Shown in pieces: positions 53,681-64,000 of a stretch of DNA of 64,000 nt (position 1 is the stretch's first letter; each line of letters opens with the position of its first letter). Location: assembly GCA_017534815.1 (NCBI GenBank), contig JAFXVS010000018.1, positions 27,768 through 91,767 on the forward strand. The letters run 5' to 3'. A model generated the notes under the pieces. The model was not told where the DNA came from and searched no databases. It saw only the letters and a program-made list of their open reading frames with translations. Source of the DNA: Bacteroidaceae bacterium (GTDB taxonomy: Bacteria; Bacteroidota; Bacteroidia; Bacteroidales; Bacteroidaceae). The translations under genes were made by a program, and so were the position numbers.

Positions 53681-55239
53681 AGAAACAGATACTTACAACA
53701 TTCTTTGCCTCCATCGCAATGGCTGGCACAATGGCACAGACAGGCTCTGTGCCACGCTTGGTTGTAGGCATCACCATCGATCAACTCCGCTCCGACTATC
53801 TGAATGCCTTCATGCCGCTCTACGGCGATGGCGGTTTCAAACTGCTTTTGGAGCAGGGTCAAGTATATTCAAACGTGCAGTATCAGCACGCTCCTGTTGA
53901 CCGTGCTTCGGCTATCGCATCGGTAGTGACGGGAACCGTTCCTTACAATCATGGCATCATCGCTGAGGAATGGATGAACCGCGCCGAACTGCACACGAAC
54001 TATTGCGTGGATGACCGCAACTACAAGGGTGTGGGCACCAGCGACTATTCATCTCCCAAGCATCTGCTGGTCAGCACCATCGGTGATGAACTGAAAGCCG
54101 CCACGAAAGGAAAAGCCTTTGTCTATAGTGTGGCTCCTAACAGGGAAGCCGCCATCCTTGCTGCCGGCCATGCTGCCGACTGGGCGATGTGGATGGACAA
54201 TCAGAGCGGCAACTGGGCTGGAACCACCTATTACGGAGAGGCTCCCACATGGTTCCGCTATCTTGACGGCAATGCCATCGCTGACAAGATTGCCTCTTTA
54301 ACTTGGAAACCTACCAACGATGCCGCTGGAACCTACAATTACTATCTGGCCACAGCACAGAAGTCCTTCTCTCACCGCTTCACGGGTGACAGCAGATTCA
54401 GGGTGTTCAAGACTTCTGGTTTGGTGAATGAGGAGGTGACAAAAGCCGCACGAGCCTGTATGGAGAGCGGCAATGCTGGCATGGATGAGGTAACGGACTT
54501 CCTGTCGGTCTGCTATTATGCAGGAAATTTCCATGCTGACAATATCATCAGCACAACCACAGAATTACAGGACACCTACATCCGTTTGGACGATGAGCTG
54601 GCGACGCTACTGAAGAAGATTGACCAGTTAGTCGGATTGGACAAGACGCTCATTTATCTCACTTCCACAGGATATGATGAGGTGGACAATTCAGAGGAAC
54701 TGGCGAAATACCGCATTCCAACGGGTGACTTCAACATCAACCGCTGCGCCACGCTGCTGAACATGTACCTCTGTGCCATGTATGGCAACGGGCAGTACGT
54801 GGAGAGTTGCTACGGCAACCAATTCTATCTGAGCCATAAACTCTTGGAGCAGAAGCAGCTGAAACTGGCAGAAGTGCTGGAGCATTGCGAGGATTTCCTC
54901 TTCCAGTTCAGCGGCGTAAGGGATGTATTCACTTCCCATCGCATCACGCAAGGGGCGTGGACACCAGGCATCAGCACCATCCGCAACGGTTTCAATCCTA
55001 AATGCTCTGGCGACATTCTTGTGCAGGTGACGCCAGGATGGAACCTCGTCAATGAGGATCGCGACACCAGAAGGATGCAACGCGACTCCTTCTTTGAGTT
55101 CCCTTTGATTTTCTTTGGATATACGATAAAGGCCGAGAAGGTGGCAACGCCTGTCACGGTAGATTGCATTGCGCCAACTGTTGCGCATCACATCCGCATC
55201 AGGGCACCGAATGCTTGTTCTACACCACCGCTCTTCTAA
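53677..55239 (+). CDS. Alkaline-phosphatase-superfamily protein (nucleotide pyrophosphatase/phosphodiesterase-like)
   Basis: Signal peptide. ..[15 protein letters not shown].. metal-site context. ATGA overlap with the upstream gene. Confidence 0.65.
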   Translation: MKKQILTTFFASIAMAGTMAQTGSVPRLVVGITIDQLRSDYLNAFMPLYGDGGFKLLLEQGQVYSNVQYQHAPVDRASAIASVVTGTVPYNHGIIAEEWMNRAELHTNYCVDDRNYKGVGTSDYSSPKHLLVSTIGDELKAATKGKAFVYSVAPNREAAILAAGHAADWAMWMDNQSGNWAGTTYYGEAPTWFRYLDGNAIADKIASLTWKPTNDAAGTYNYYLATAQKSFSHRFTGDSRFRVFKTSGLVNEEVTKAARACMESGNAGMDEVTDFLSVCYYAGNFHADNIISTTTELQDTYIRLDDELATLLKKIDQLVGLDKTLIYLTSTGYDEVDNSEELAKYRIPTGDFNINRCATLLNMYLCAMYGNGQYVESCYGNQFYLSHKLLEQKQLKLAEVLEHCEDFLFQFSGVRDVFTSHRITQGAWTPGISTIRNGFNPKCSGDILVQVTPGWNLVNEDRDTRRMQRDSFFEFPLIFFGYTIKAEKVATPVTVDCIAPTVAHHIRIRAPNACSTPPLF

Positions 55240-55310
55240 GAAAAACCAATGAGACAGGTATAGCAGTAAAACAAGCAATAATCATCAACGAATATAAAAC
55301 AAAATACAAT

Positions 55311-58300
55311 ATGGGATTTTCATTAAATAAACTTCTCAGCACATTGTTTGGCAACAAGGCGGCTCGCGACATAAAAGAGATTCGCCCGATTGTGGAGCAG
55401 GTGCTGGCTGTGGAACCTGAAATTCAGAAACTCAGCAACGACGAGCTGCGCGCCAAAGTCGATGAAATCAAGGCACAGTTGCAGGACAAGGTAAAGGACA
55501 AGCGTGCTGAGATCGCTGAACTGAAGAACAAGATTCAAGAAACTGAAATCGATAAGCGTCAACCTATCTTCGAGACTATCGACAAAAAGGAAGCAGAGGT
55601 GCTTGACCTTTTCGAAGAGGGATTGACCGAGGTGTTACCAACAGTTTATGCCATCGTGAAGGACACGGCACGCCGTTTTGCCGAAGCTGAAAATGGTGAC
55701 ATCATCGTGACTGCCACAGATTTCGACCGCGACCTCTCCATCGAGCACGACTTTGTGGATATTGATGGCGACAAGGCCATTTGGCACAACCACTGGGTGG
55801 CTGGCGGCAATGAGATGACGTGGAACATGATTCACTATAACGTACAGCTCTTTGGTGGTATCGTGCTTCATCAGGGTAAAATCGCCGAGATGGCAACAGG
55901 TGAAGGTAAGACCCTCGTGGCAACCCTCCCCGTATTCCTCAACGCCCTCTCCCGCAATGGTGTTCATGTGGTGACGGTGAACGACTATCTGGCCAAGCGT
56001 GACTCCGAATGGATGGGACCGCTCTACATGTTCCATGGTCTCAGCGTGGATTGCATCGACAAGCATCAGCCCAATTCCGAGGCTCGTCGCAAAGCTTATC
56101 AGGCCGACATCACATTTGGTACTAACAACGAGTTCGGCTTTGACTATCTGCGTGACAATATGGCGATGGCTCCGAAAGACCTCGTACAGCGCATCCACAA
56201 TTACGCCATTGTCGATGAGGTGGACTCCGTGCTGATTGACGATGCCCGTACCCCACTCATCATCTCTGGTCCAATACCCAAGGGCGACGTGCAGATGTTC
56301 GAGGAATACTGCCCCATCGTGGAACAGCTCGTCGAGGCTCAGCGTCGTTTGGCTCAGAACTATCTATCTGAGGCTAAGAAACTCATCGAGTCAGACAACA
56401 AGGAGGATGTGACTGCAGGATTCCTCTCATTGTTCCGTGCATACAAGAGTCTTCCCAAGAGCAATGCACTCATCAAGTTCCTCTCGCAGCCAGGCATCAA
56501 AACTGGTCTGTTGCAGACAGAGGAAATTTATATGGAGAATAACAACCGACGCATGCCAGAAGCCATCGAGCCTCTGTTCTTCGTGGTGGACGAAAAGTTG
56601 AAGTCGGTGGAAATGACCGACAAGGGCAATCAGCTCATAGCCAACATCGTGAAAGACGACACCTTCTTCGTGCTTCCAGACATCACCACGCAGTTATCCG
56701 AATTGGAGAACGAGAAGTTCGACAGCGAGGAAGAGCGTCTCGCCAAGAAGGACGCCCTTATGCAGGATTATGCGTTGAAAGCTGAGCGCGTTCACACCAT
56801 CCAACAGCTGTTGAAGGCCTACACCATGTTCGTGAAGGACGACGACTATGTCATCATGGACGGTGAGGTGAAGATTGTCGATGAGCAGACAGGCCGTATC
56901 ATGGAAGGTCGCCGTTGGAGCGACGGTCTCCATCAGGCAGTCGAGGCCAAAGAGCGCGTAAAGGTCGAAGCCGCCACGCAGACCTTCGCCACCATCACTT
57001 TGCAGAACTATTTCCGTATGTACCATAAACTGGCGGGTATGACTGGTACCGCCATCACCGAGGCTGGTGAGTTCTGGGACATTTACAAGCTCGACGTCGT
57101 GGAGATTCCGACCAACCGTCCGATTGCCCGAAAGGACATGAACGACCGTGTGTACAAGACCAACCGCGAGAAATACAACGCCGTAATTGAAGAGATTGTG
57201 AAGATGCGCAATAGCGGACGTCCCACGCTCGTCGGCACTACTTCTGTCGAAATATCTGAATTGCTCAGCCGTATGCTCAACATGCGCAAGATACCTCATC
57301 AGGTGCTCAACGCAAAACTCCATCAGAAGGAAGCCGACATTGTGGCTCTGGCTGGTCAGAGCACAATGGGAAAATACATCGAGACCGATGCCGACGGCAA
57401 CAAAGTCGAGAAAGAAGGAATGCTCGGAGCTGTGACCATCGCCACCAACATGGCAGGACGTGGTACCGACATCAAGCTCTCCGATGAAGTAAAAGCAGCA
57501 GGAGGACTCGCCATTATCGGCACAGAGCGCCATGAGAGCCGCCGTGTAGACCGTCAGTTGCGAGGACGTTCCGGACGTCAGGGTGACCCAGGTTCCTCCG
57601 TTTTCTATGTGTCGCTTGAAGACAAGCTCATGCGCCTCTTCGCCAGCGACCGCATCTCCAAAGTCATGGATCGCCTTGGTTTCGAAGACGGAGAAATGAT
57701 CGAACACAAGATGATCAACCAGAGCATTGAGCGCGCTCAGAAGAAAGTCGAGGAAAACAACTTCGGCATCCGTAAGCGTCTGCTCGAATACGATGACGTG
57801 ATGAACAAGCAGCGCAAAGTCATCTACGAGCGTCGCCGCCACGCCCTCATGGGAGAGCGCATTGGTATGGACATCTCCAACATGATTTGGGATCGCGTCG
57901 TTCATATCCTCCACAACGGTGACTATGAAAGTTGCAAGGAAGATTTCCTCCGCATCTTCGCTATGGAAATCCCCTTCGATATGGAAACCTTCGAGAATGA
58001 GAGTCGCGAGAAACTCGAAGATAACGCATTCGACATCGTCATCGACTCTTTCAAGAAGCGCACCGCACGACTCGCAGCTGTCGCATTCCCCGTCATCAAA
58101 AAGGTCTATGAGAACAGCGGTTCGAGATATGAGAATATCCTCGTGCCCATCACCGATGGCCGACGCGTCTATCAAATCAGCGTTCCCCTCAAAGAAGCCT
58201 ACGACACGGAAGGGAACTCCATTCTCGTTGCTTTCGAGAAGGCCATTCTCCTCCACACCATCGACGACGCTTGGAAGGAGAACTTGCGAGCCCTCGACGA

Positions 58301-58706
58301 GCTCAAGCACTCTGTCCAAAACGCCTCCTACGAGCAGAAGGACCCGCTTCTCATCTTCAAGCTGGAGTCTGTCAACCTCTTCGACACAATGGTCAACGAA
58401 ATCAACGATGGCACCATCTCCGTGCTTATGCGTTGCTCCATTCCTATCGCCGAAGAGCGTGATGTACATCAGGCACCCGCTTCAGCCATGGAAGAGCCAA
58501 GACATGAGCACCTCACCGAGACTCACCAGAACCTCGACGAACCATCTGAGACACAACGCCAGCAGGCTCAAGCAGCCCAAACTGATACCCGCGCTCGCCA
58601 GCCCATCAGTCCGATTGTAAACAACGGACCGAAGATTGGTCGCAATGATCCATGTCCATGCGGCAGCGGCAAGAAGTACAAGAACTGCCACGGGAAAGGA
58701 TTGTAA
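55311..58706 (+). CDS. secA: Preprotein translocase ATPase SecA
   Basis: ..[14 protein letters not shown].., ..[22 protein letters not shown].., ..[12 protein letters not shown].., C-terminal Zn motif [14 protein letters not shown]. Start at MGFSLNKLL (55311), not 55164. Confidence 0.95.
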   Translation: MGFSLNKLLSTLFGNKAARDIKEIRPIVEQVLAVEPEIQKLSNDELRAKVDEIKAQLQDKVKDKRAEIAELKNKIQETEIDKRQPIFETIDKKEAEVLDLFEEGLTEVLPTVYAIVKDTARRFAEAENGDIIVTATDFDRDLSIEHDFVDIDGDKAIWHNHWVAGGNEMTWNMIHYNVQLFGGIVLHQGKIAEMATGEGKTLVATLPVFLNALSRNGVHVVTVNDYLAKRDSEWMGPLYMFHGLSVDCIDKHQPNSEARRKAYQADITFGTNNEFGFDYLRDNMAMAPKDLVQRIHNYAIVDEVDSVLIDDARTPLIISGPIPKGDVQMFEEYCPIVEQLVEAQRRLAQNYLSEAKKLIESDNKEDVTAGFLSLFRAYKSLPKSNALIKFLSQPGIKTGLLQTEEIYMENNNRRMPEAIEPLFFVVDEKLKSVEMTDKGNQLIANIVKDDTFFVLPDITTQLSELENEKFDSEEERLAKKDALMQDYALKAERVHTIQQLLKAYTMFVKDDDYVIMDGEVKIVDEQTGRIMEGRRWSDGLHQAVEAKERVKVEAATQTFATITLQNYFRMYHKLAGMTGTAITEAGEFWDIYKLDVVEIPTNRPIARKDMNDRVYKTNREKYNAVIEEIVKMRNSGRPTLVGTTSVEISELLSRMLNMRKIPHQVLNAKLHQKEADIVALAGQSTMGKYIETDADGNKVEKEGMLGAVTIATNMAGRGTDIKLSDEVKAAGGLAIIGTERHESRRVDRQLRGRSGRQGDPGSSVFYVSLEDKLMRLFASDRISKVMDRLGFEDGEMIEHKMINQSIERAQKKVEENNFGIRKRLLEYDDVMNKQRKVIYERRRHALMGERIGMDISNMIWDRVVHILHNGDYESCKEDFLRIFAMEIPFDMETFENESREKLEDNAFDIVIDSFKKRTARLAAVAFPVIKKVYENSGSRYENILVPITDGRRVYQISVPLKEAYDTEGNSILVAFEKAILLHTIDDAWKENLRALDELKHSVQNASYEQKDPLLIFKLESVNLFDTMVNEINDGTISVLMRCSIPIAEERDVHQAPASAMEEPRHEHLTETHQNLDEPSETQRQQAQAAQTDTRARQPISPIVNNGPKIGRNDPCPCGSGKKYKNCHGKGL

Positions 58707-58731
58707 AAATAACAATATCAGAAATCATTAT

Positions 58732-58774
58732 AAAAATGACAGCCTTGGTTTAACGAACTAAGACTGTCATTTTT
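58732..58774. terminator. Bidirectional terminator between secA and the kduI-like gene
   Basis: aaaaatgacag (58732-58742) / ctgtcattttt (58764-58774). Confidence 0.6.
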
Positions 58775-58800
58775 ATATGATATAAGAAGTTTTGGCAAAG

Positions 58801-59772
58801 CTACTTCAGATCAATGACATTGATAACATCTTTGTCGTTATAGTCAAGGTTCTCGCCAGCCATACCCCATATAAAAGTATAGAAGTAGGTAGCAGAAGCA
58901 GCATGAATAGACCACTCTGGCGACATGATGGCTTGTTCGTTGTGGAGCCAGACAACACGGCTCTCCTGTGGTTCTCCCATAATGTGACTGACGGTTTGAT
59001 CGGCGGGTAGATTGAAATAGTAATAGGCTTCGATGCGACGACCATGAGTGTGTGGCGGCATTGTGTTCCAAACACTACCCTCCTGCAACTGTGTCAGCCC
59101 CATCTGCAACTGGCATGGACCTTCCTCCAAAGCGGTGTTGACTATGAGCTGGTAGATGGTTCTTTGGTTGGATTCCGCCAGCGAGCCCAGATTGCGCATC
59201 ACCGTGGCCTTGAGTGACTGCATTTTGCCATTTTTCCGACCGTCGAGGGTAATCCACTGGGTCTTATAGTGTTGATGAGCAGTCGCTGAATTGATGTAGA
59301 ACTTGGCGGGCTTCTGCGGGTCTTTCGAACGGAAGATAACCTCCTGATTCGATTCGATGCCCTTGCCGTTCTTGTCTTTGCCAAGGTTGCCACGACCGAT
59401 GTAGAGCGCCTCCCGTTCGTTCAACGGATACTCAACACCATCGACAATGACCACACCATCACCAGCCGTATTGATGATGCCGATCTCTCGGTTATGGAGA
59501 AAGTAAGGAGCACGGAGCTCAGGAAAGGCTTCCAACTTCAGATCCTTGTGGACAGGCATGGCACCGCCGAAGATGAAACGGTCGTACATTGAATACGTCA
59601 AATTGATTTCATCAGGTGCCATCACCTTCTCCATCACGAAACGTTCGCGAAGAGTCTTCGTGTCATAGTGCTTAACGTCATCAGGATGGCAGGCCTTTTG
59701 GAAATTCACCTTCACCTGTGCCGACATCGTAAGAGACGCAGCCAATGTTGTAAGTAGTAAAATCCTTTCCAT
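58801..59772 (-). CDS. kduI: 5-dehydro-4-deoxy-D-glucuronate isomerase (KduI)-like cupin, apparently with an N-terminal signal peptide
   Basis: ..[22 protein letters not shown]...[16 protein letters not shown].. fits KduI. The ORF N-terminus [19 protein letters not shown] looks like a Sec signal. Alternative start ATG 59727. Confidence 0.7.
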   Translation of the reverse strand: MERILLLTTLAASLTMSAQVKVNFQKACHPDDVKHYDTKTLRERFVMEKVMAPDEINLTYSMYDRFIFGGAMPVHKDLKLEAFPELRAPYFLHNREIGIINTAGDGVVIVDGVEYPLNEREALYIGRGNLGKDKNGKGIESNQEVIFRSKDPQKPAKFYINSATAHQHYKTQWITLDGRKNGKMQSLKATVMRNLGSLAESNQRTIYQLIVNTALEEGPCQLQMGLTQLQEGSVWNTMPPHTHGRRIEAYYYFNLPADQTVSHIMGEPQESRVVWLHNEQAIMSPEWSIHAASATYFYTFIWGMAGENLDYNDKDVINVIDLK

Positions 59773-59814
59773 TGTTAGTTGTTAGTTAGTTATTTTAAGT
59801 TCTTGGTTATTGAA

Positions 59815-61164
59815 TTATTTCCTGTTGATGCGGATGCGGTTCCAAATCACCATACCGATGGTGATAGCTGCAAGAATGCCTGCGCCCACCCATTTTAGAT
59901 AAGCTACACATTTGTAGATAACCCATCCGAAGAGGCTCGACGCAAAATCGAGGGCACCAGCCTCAAAACCCTCCGGTATCTTAGCAGCATCGTTCTGCGT
60001 GGAGGCATATACCTCATGAGCAGCCTGCGTGAAAGCTGGAGCCATGTCTGTGACAAAATAAAGTCCCACTACCAATGCGACAAAACCTATGATGAGACTT
60101 TTCACCACATTGCCCTTGGTGTAAGGCAGGATGAGAGGGAACAGATAGAACATGCCAGCCAACGATGCCAACGGCAAGAACTGATTGCCCGGAACTAACA
60201 CAGCCACCGCCAAAATGACGGGGATGAGAATCACGGAGCACACCAATGTGGTAGGGTGACCTATCACCAATGCAGGTGACATACCTATATATATTTCTTT
60301 CCCCTTAAACTTCTTTTTCACCACCTCCTGCGTTTTCTCCGCTATGGGTTTCAGCCCATCGATGAAAAGGCTCGTGATGCGAGGGATCAGTTCCATTACA
60401 GCACCCATCGTCACTCCAAGTGCCAATATCATCTTGATGTCCAACTGGGCGGCAACGCCAATGAGAACGCCCACGATGACACCCAGCACCAATGGCTCAC
60501 CCAAAACGCCAAACTTACGCTTCAAGCCCTCTGCATCGATGTCGAGTTTGGAGAAGCCAGGAATCAGATCAAGCCCCTTGTTGATTATTACAGCAAAAGG
60601 CGTGAAACTCTGGCAGAAAGGTTGTGGAATGGATATGCCTGGCAGATCGTAGTGTGTCTGAAACTTCTCGGCAGTTAAATCAGCCATCACCAAAGTGATG
60701 ATATAGCATACAATGGCTGCGAAGTAACCCCATGCCAGTGACTCATCCATCACGAAATATGCAACCGCCCCGATGAAAGCGAAGTGCCAGTAGTTCCACA
60801 GGTCAATGTTCACCGTGCGCGTACATTTCGTAATGAGTAGCAAGAAATTAACACCCAACAGGATGGGAATAATCAACGCACCTACCGCTGTATTATATGC
60901 GACAGCTGCTGCTGCTGGCCATCCCATGTCAAACACCTTCAGCGCCAACTGGTAAAGGTCGGAGATATTCTCCAAGGGAGATTTGAAATTCTCTGTGAGC
61001 AATTTGGTGACCACATTGAGCCCTACAAAGCCGACTCCCACATAGAGTCCACTCTTTAGAGCCTTGCCGAACTTCATGCCTATGCATAAACCAATCAGCG
61101 TAAAAAGAATCGGCATCATTACGGCTGCACCCAGCCCAATAATGTAAGCAAAAACTTGTTCCAT
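59815..61164 (-). CDS. PTS EIIC-type permease (galactitol/GatC-like), orphan
   Basis: 449 aa polytopic. MEQVFAYIIGLGAAVMMPILFTLIGL...GKALKSGLYVGVGFVGL.. is as I remember for GatC-type EIIC. No EIIA/EIIB/HPr genes are nearby. Confidence 0.65.
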   Translation of the reverse strand: MEQVFAYIIGLGAAVMMPILFTLIGLCIGMKFGKALKSGLYVGVGFVGLNVVTKLLTENFKSPLENISDLYQLALKVFDMGWPAAAAVAYNTAVGALIIPILLGVNFLLLITKCTRTVNIDLWNYWHFAFIGAVAYFVMDESLAWGYFAAIVCYIITLVMADLTAEKFQTHYDLPGISIPQPFCQSFTPFAVIINKGLDLIPGFSKLDIDAEGLKRKFGVLGEPLVLGVIVGVLIGVAAQLDIKMILALGVTMGAVMELIPRITSLFIDGLKPIAEKTQEVVKKKFKGKEIYIGMSPALVIGHPTTLVCSVILIPVILAVAVLVPGNQFLPLASLAGMFYLFPLILPYTKGNVVKSLIIGFVALVVGLYFVTDMAPAFTQAAHEVYASTQNDAAKIPEGFEAGALDFASSLFGWVIYKCVAYLKWVGAGILAAITIGMVIWNRIRINRK

Positions 61165-61231
61165 AATGTTGTTAGTTAGTCAGTTAGTCAAGAATAAATC
61201 GCGAGATGAGTCGCTCAGTTAAATACAAATT

Positions 61232-63001
61232 TTACACTCCTTTCAAGCGTGTGCCCATACGAGCCTCTACCACATTGACCACGTAGTCGCCGAGTTTCTC
61301 GCACTCGTTGATGATGTCCATATATACTGTTCCGACAGCATAGGTGTACTTGTGGTTGTTTACGTCGCTGATGTTTTGCGACTTGAGCTGGTTACGGAAG
61401 TTGTTGATTTCGTTCTCCGTGTTAAAAGTGCGATTAACATCGAAAGATTCCTTACGACCAGACATCAACTCGTTCATCTGTGTGAGAGCTGATTCTGTGA
61501 GATCCATCATCTGGTGGATGTTGTCATATTGCTGATCGTTAAAATGTTCTTGCTTGCTGCTGTACTTGCGATTAATGGTGCGAGCAAGATTGTAGCAAGA
61601 ATCGCCAATACTCTCCAGTTCAGAAATCTCACGCAACATGGCACGAATCTTTGCCTTCGTCTCATCAGACAAATGAGCATCACTCACTTGATCCAGGTAT
61701 TTGGCAATCTCCAATTCCATATTATCCGAGATATCCTCATATTTCTCAATACGCGAGAACAGCTTGTTGAAATCTTTGTTTTGTGAGCCCTTTTTGTTGG
61801 CTGTATTAGTGCTCGAGAGCACAAGCAATTCACGTACCATGTCAAACATGCGCTGCATACGGTCAGCAAAAGCCTGAATCTCCTTCTGTGCTTCAAAGAC
61901 GGAAAGTTCTGGCGTCTTCATGATTCCAGCAGTAATGAAATGCAAGCGGAAATCTTCCTCTTCATCCACCTTCTTTGGCTTGATAACCCAGCAGACAAAT
62001 TTCTCAATTTGAGGAATAAACCAGATGAGGATGGCGGTGTTTACCACATTGAACGTGGTATGGAAAGCAGCCAATACGAAATTCAACTTACCAGCATTAG
62101 CAAGGAATGCAACATCATTGACACTTTCCTTTGTCATTTCAACATCGTAGTCCACCCATCCACAAACCATGTCGATGAAATAACGGAAGACAAACAGAAT
62201 CCATAGGACACCAAACACATTGAAAAACATGTGGGCAAGAGCGGCACGACGAGCCTGTGTGTTAGCCGACAGGGCAGCAAGGTTTGAGGTCACAGTTGTT
62301 CCGATATTCTCACCCAGCACCAAAGCAATACCTTGATAAATTGGCATGGCACCTGTGGAGCACAACAACATCGTGATGGCCATCACGGCAGCAGATGACT
62401 GAACACAAAATGTCATAACACCACCCAAGAGCAGAAAGACGAGCGTTGTCAAGAAGGAGTCAGGATCAAACGACTTAAAGAATGATGTGATGGTCTCATT
62501 GTTAGCCAAATCCATTGACATACCCGTAGCCTTCAATGTGGTTAGACCCAATAACAACAGACCGATACCAAACAGGAAATCACCAATATATCGATGCTTC
62601 TTCATGTAGATGAGCACTATACCAACGAAGAAGCCTATATAGGACACGATGCTAATATCGAATGGAGAGACTTGGCTTCCTGATGTACCTACAGCCATAA
62701 TCCAAGCCGTCAGTGTCGTACCGATATTCGCACCCATAATGACTGAGATGGCCTGAGCCAGCGTAAGCAAACCTGCGTTGACAAACGAAACCGTCATCAC
62801 TGTTGTAGCTGTTGAAGATTGTACAGAAGCCGTGACTACTGTACCCGTCAACATACCAGTGAAACGGTTGGTGGTCATGGCACCAAGCACATGGCGCAAC
62901 TGCGGACCTGCCATCTTCTGGAGGGCTTCACTCATGGCCTTCATACCGAACATGAGCAGCGCCAGCGATCCCAGAAGCTTGAAAATAATCCAAATCGACA
63001 T
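61232..63001 (-). CDS. Na/Pi cotransporter-family protein with C-terminal PhoU-like domain
   Basis: ..LLGSLALLMFGMKAMSEALQK..., ..ASVQSSTATTVMTV.., duplicated Na_Pi_cotrans repeats plus a helical C-domain. Confidence 0.8.
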   Translation of the reverse strand: MSIWIIFKLLGSLALLMFGMKAMSEALQKMAGPQLRHVLGAMTTNRFTGMLTGTVVTASVQSSTATTVMTVSFVNAGLLTLAQAISVIMGANIGTTLTAWIMAVGTSGSQVSPFDISIVSYIGFFVGIVLIYMKKHRYIGDFLFGIGLLLLGLTTLKATGMSMDLANNETITSFFKSFDPDSFLTTLVFLLLGGVMTFCVQSSAAVMAITMLLCSTGAMPIYQGIALVLGENIGTTVTSNLAALSANTQARRAALAHMFFNVFGVLWILFVFRYFIDMVCGWVDYDVEMTKESVNDVAFLANAGKLNFVLAAFHTTFNVVNTAILIWFIPQIEKFVCWVIKPKKVDEEEDFRLHFITAGIMKTPELSVFEAQKEIQAFADRMQRMFDMVRELLVLSSTNTANKKGSQNKDFNKLFSRIEKYEDISDNMELEIAKYLDQVSDAHLSDETKAKIRAMLREISELESIGDSCYNLARTINRKYSSKQEHFNDQQYDNIHQMMDLTESALTQMNELMSGRKESFDVNRTFNTENEINNFRNQLKSQNISDVNNHKYTYAVGTVYMDIINECEKLGDYVVNVVEARMGTRLKGV

Positions 63002-63046
63002 ATTGGTAAATTGTGACTATTGGGTAAATAATTAGTTTTTGCCTTA

Positions 63047-63054
63047 CAAAGGTA
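63047..63054 (-). promoter_or_regulatory. -7 box TACCTTTG (minus strand)
   Basis: Plus-strand caaaggta, 46 nt upstream of ATG 63001. Confidence 0.45.
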
Positions 63055-63117
63055 CGTCATTTTTAGCTTTATCACAAGAAAATGATGAAAAAGTTTGTAG
63101 AAAATCGAAAGATACAG

Positions 63118-63125
63118 TAACTTTG
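63118..63125 (+). promoter_or_regulatory. -7 box TAACTTTG
   Basis: 34 nt upstream of ATG 63159. Confidence 0.45.
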
Positions 63126-63158
63126 TCGGGAGAAATCTAATTTAAACCTATTTATATA

Positions 63159-64000
63159 ATGAGAAAAATCATCTATTTGTTTTCCCTCGTGGCTGCCATG
63201 ATGACGGTCACACCTGCTTTCGCTCAGAAAGCCAAGGGTACTTTCGAGGCTGGCAACGGCACGTTCCTACTGAATGGCAAACCCTTCGTCGTGAAGGCTG
63301 CCGAGATTCATTATCCACGTATCCCCAAGCCTTATTGGGAGCACCGCATCAAGATGTGCAAGGCGTTGGGCATGAACACCGTCTGCATCTACATCTTCTG
63401 GAACATCCACGAACAGCGTGAGGGCGAGTTCAACTTCACCGACAACAACGATGTGGCTGAGTTTTGCCGACTGGCTCAGAAGAACGGCATGTATGTCATC
63501 GTGCGTCCTGGCCCCTACGTTTGCGCCGAATGGGAAATGGGCGGTCTGCCTTGGTGGCTGCTGAAGAAGAAAGACATCAAACTCAGAGAGCGCGACCCTT
63601 ACTTCATGGAGCGTGTGAAAATCTTCGAAGAGAAGGTGGGTGAGCAACTGGCTCCGCTGACCATACAGAACGGCGGTCCCATCATCATGGTGCAGGTGGA
63701 GAACGAGTATGGTTCCTATGGCGAGGACAAACCTTATGTCTCTGAGATTCGTGACTGTCTGCGTGGCATCTACGGTTCCGAGTTGGCACTCTTCCAGTGC
63801 GACTGGTCTTCCAACTTCGAGAAGAACGGCCTCGACGACCTCACTTGGACGATGAACTTCGGTACAGGTGCGAACATCAACGACCAGTTCCGTCGTTTGG
63901 GCGAACTTCGTCCCAATGCACCCAAGATGTGCTCGGAGTTTTGGAGTGGATGGTTCGACAAATGGGGCGCTCGTCATGAGACACGTCCTGCCAAGGACAT
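63159..64000 (+). CDS. Beta-galactosidase, GH35 family (5' part; runs off window end)
   Basis: Not in the ORF track because it has no stop. My translation: MRKIIYLFSLVAAMMTVTPAFAQ...FLLNGKPFVVKAAEIHYPRIP..YWEHRI...GMNTV..Y.FWN.HE...G.F.F...NDV..F...A...G..VI.RPGPY.CAEWE.GG.P.WL...IIMVQVENEYG. Confidence 0.85.
   Translation, partial: MRKIIYLFSLVAAMMTVTPAFAQKAKGTFEAGNGTFLLNGKPFVVKAAEIHYPRIPKPYWEHRIKMCKALGMNTVCIYIFWNIHEQREGEFNFTDNNDVAEFCRLAQKNGMYVIVRPGPYVCAEWEMGGLPWWLLKKKDIKLRERDPYFMERVKIFEEKVGEQLAPLTIQNGGPIIMVQVENEYGSYGEDKPYVSEIRDCLRGIYGSELALFQCDWSSNFEKNGLDDLTWTMNFGTGANINDQFRRLGELRPNAPKMCSEFWSGWFDKWGARHETRPAKD

Noticed and set aside
56694-58469. 591-aa ORF antisense to secA
   Set aside because: secA is unambiguous. 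The antisense frame stays open only because of codon bias, and the translation is a V/D/E/L-rich mirror sequence.
63267-63977. 236-aa minus-strand ORF at the window end
   Set aside because: It lies antisense to the strong GH35 beta-galactosidase frame (63159 onward), which is missing from the ORF track only because it has no stop in the window.
1-64000. rRNA, tRNA, tmRNA, RNase P, integrase or transposase genes
   Set aside because: Scanning the intergenic regions by eye gave no cloverleaf-like or conserved-core sequences (for example GAGGAAAGTCC). No ORF has recombinase or transposase motifs. Small ncRNAs cannot be excluded without covariance-model searches.

Overview
This looks like a Bacteroidota chromosomal segment (Prevotella/Bacteroidales-like) that includes dnaA. 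The phylum call rests on about 20 genes being preceded by the Bacteroidetes sigma-A -7 box TAnnTTTG, the near absence of Shine-Dalgarno sites, and typical Bacteroidales DUF families. All calls come from reading the ORF translations and the DNA by eye. No searches were run, so family names are recollection-level and need HMM/BLAST confirmation.

The window has two parts.

(1) nt 1 to ~5530 is the right-hand end of an AT-rich accessory island. Hand-counted 60-nt lines give 33% G+C, against 62% immediately to the right. It contains:
- the tail of a classical AAA+ ATPase;
- a nonsense-interrupted paralog gene;
- a tight three-gene operon: a DNPH1/NDT-like N-glycosidase fused to an FtsZ-C-terminal-like domain, a UDG-fold GINPG protein, and an Asp-box mini-propeller;
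- single-gene cassettes separated by a duplicated 49-nt terminator-promoter module;
- at the border, three phased 14-bp palindromes.
The three-gene operon is my best candidate for an undescribed conflict, defence or effector system.

(2) nt ~5570-64000 is GC-rich core genome:
- housekeeping: pyrBI, ileS, lspA, tsaD, map, guaA, dnaA, folB, secA;
- cell envelope: a MurU/AmgK-like operon with an ABC exporter, an amidase, MlaD and a BamA-family protein;
- an RsbU/RsbW-type fusion with a STAS partner;
- scattered pectin/xylan genes: GH8, PL11, KduI-like, GH35, ExuT-like MFS and an orphan PTS EIIC.

Other oddities: a frameshifted rsmE, a stop codon inside an esterase signal peptide, a 92-bp palindrome built of 11-nt repeats in a 5' leader, two further arrays of three phased palindromes, a GTGACA-rich inverted-repeat element, and an orphan NrdJ-C-terminal-like gene. 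I saw no rRNA, tRNA, CRISPR array, transposase or integrase.
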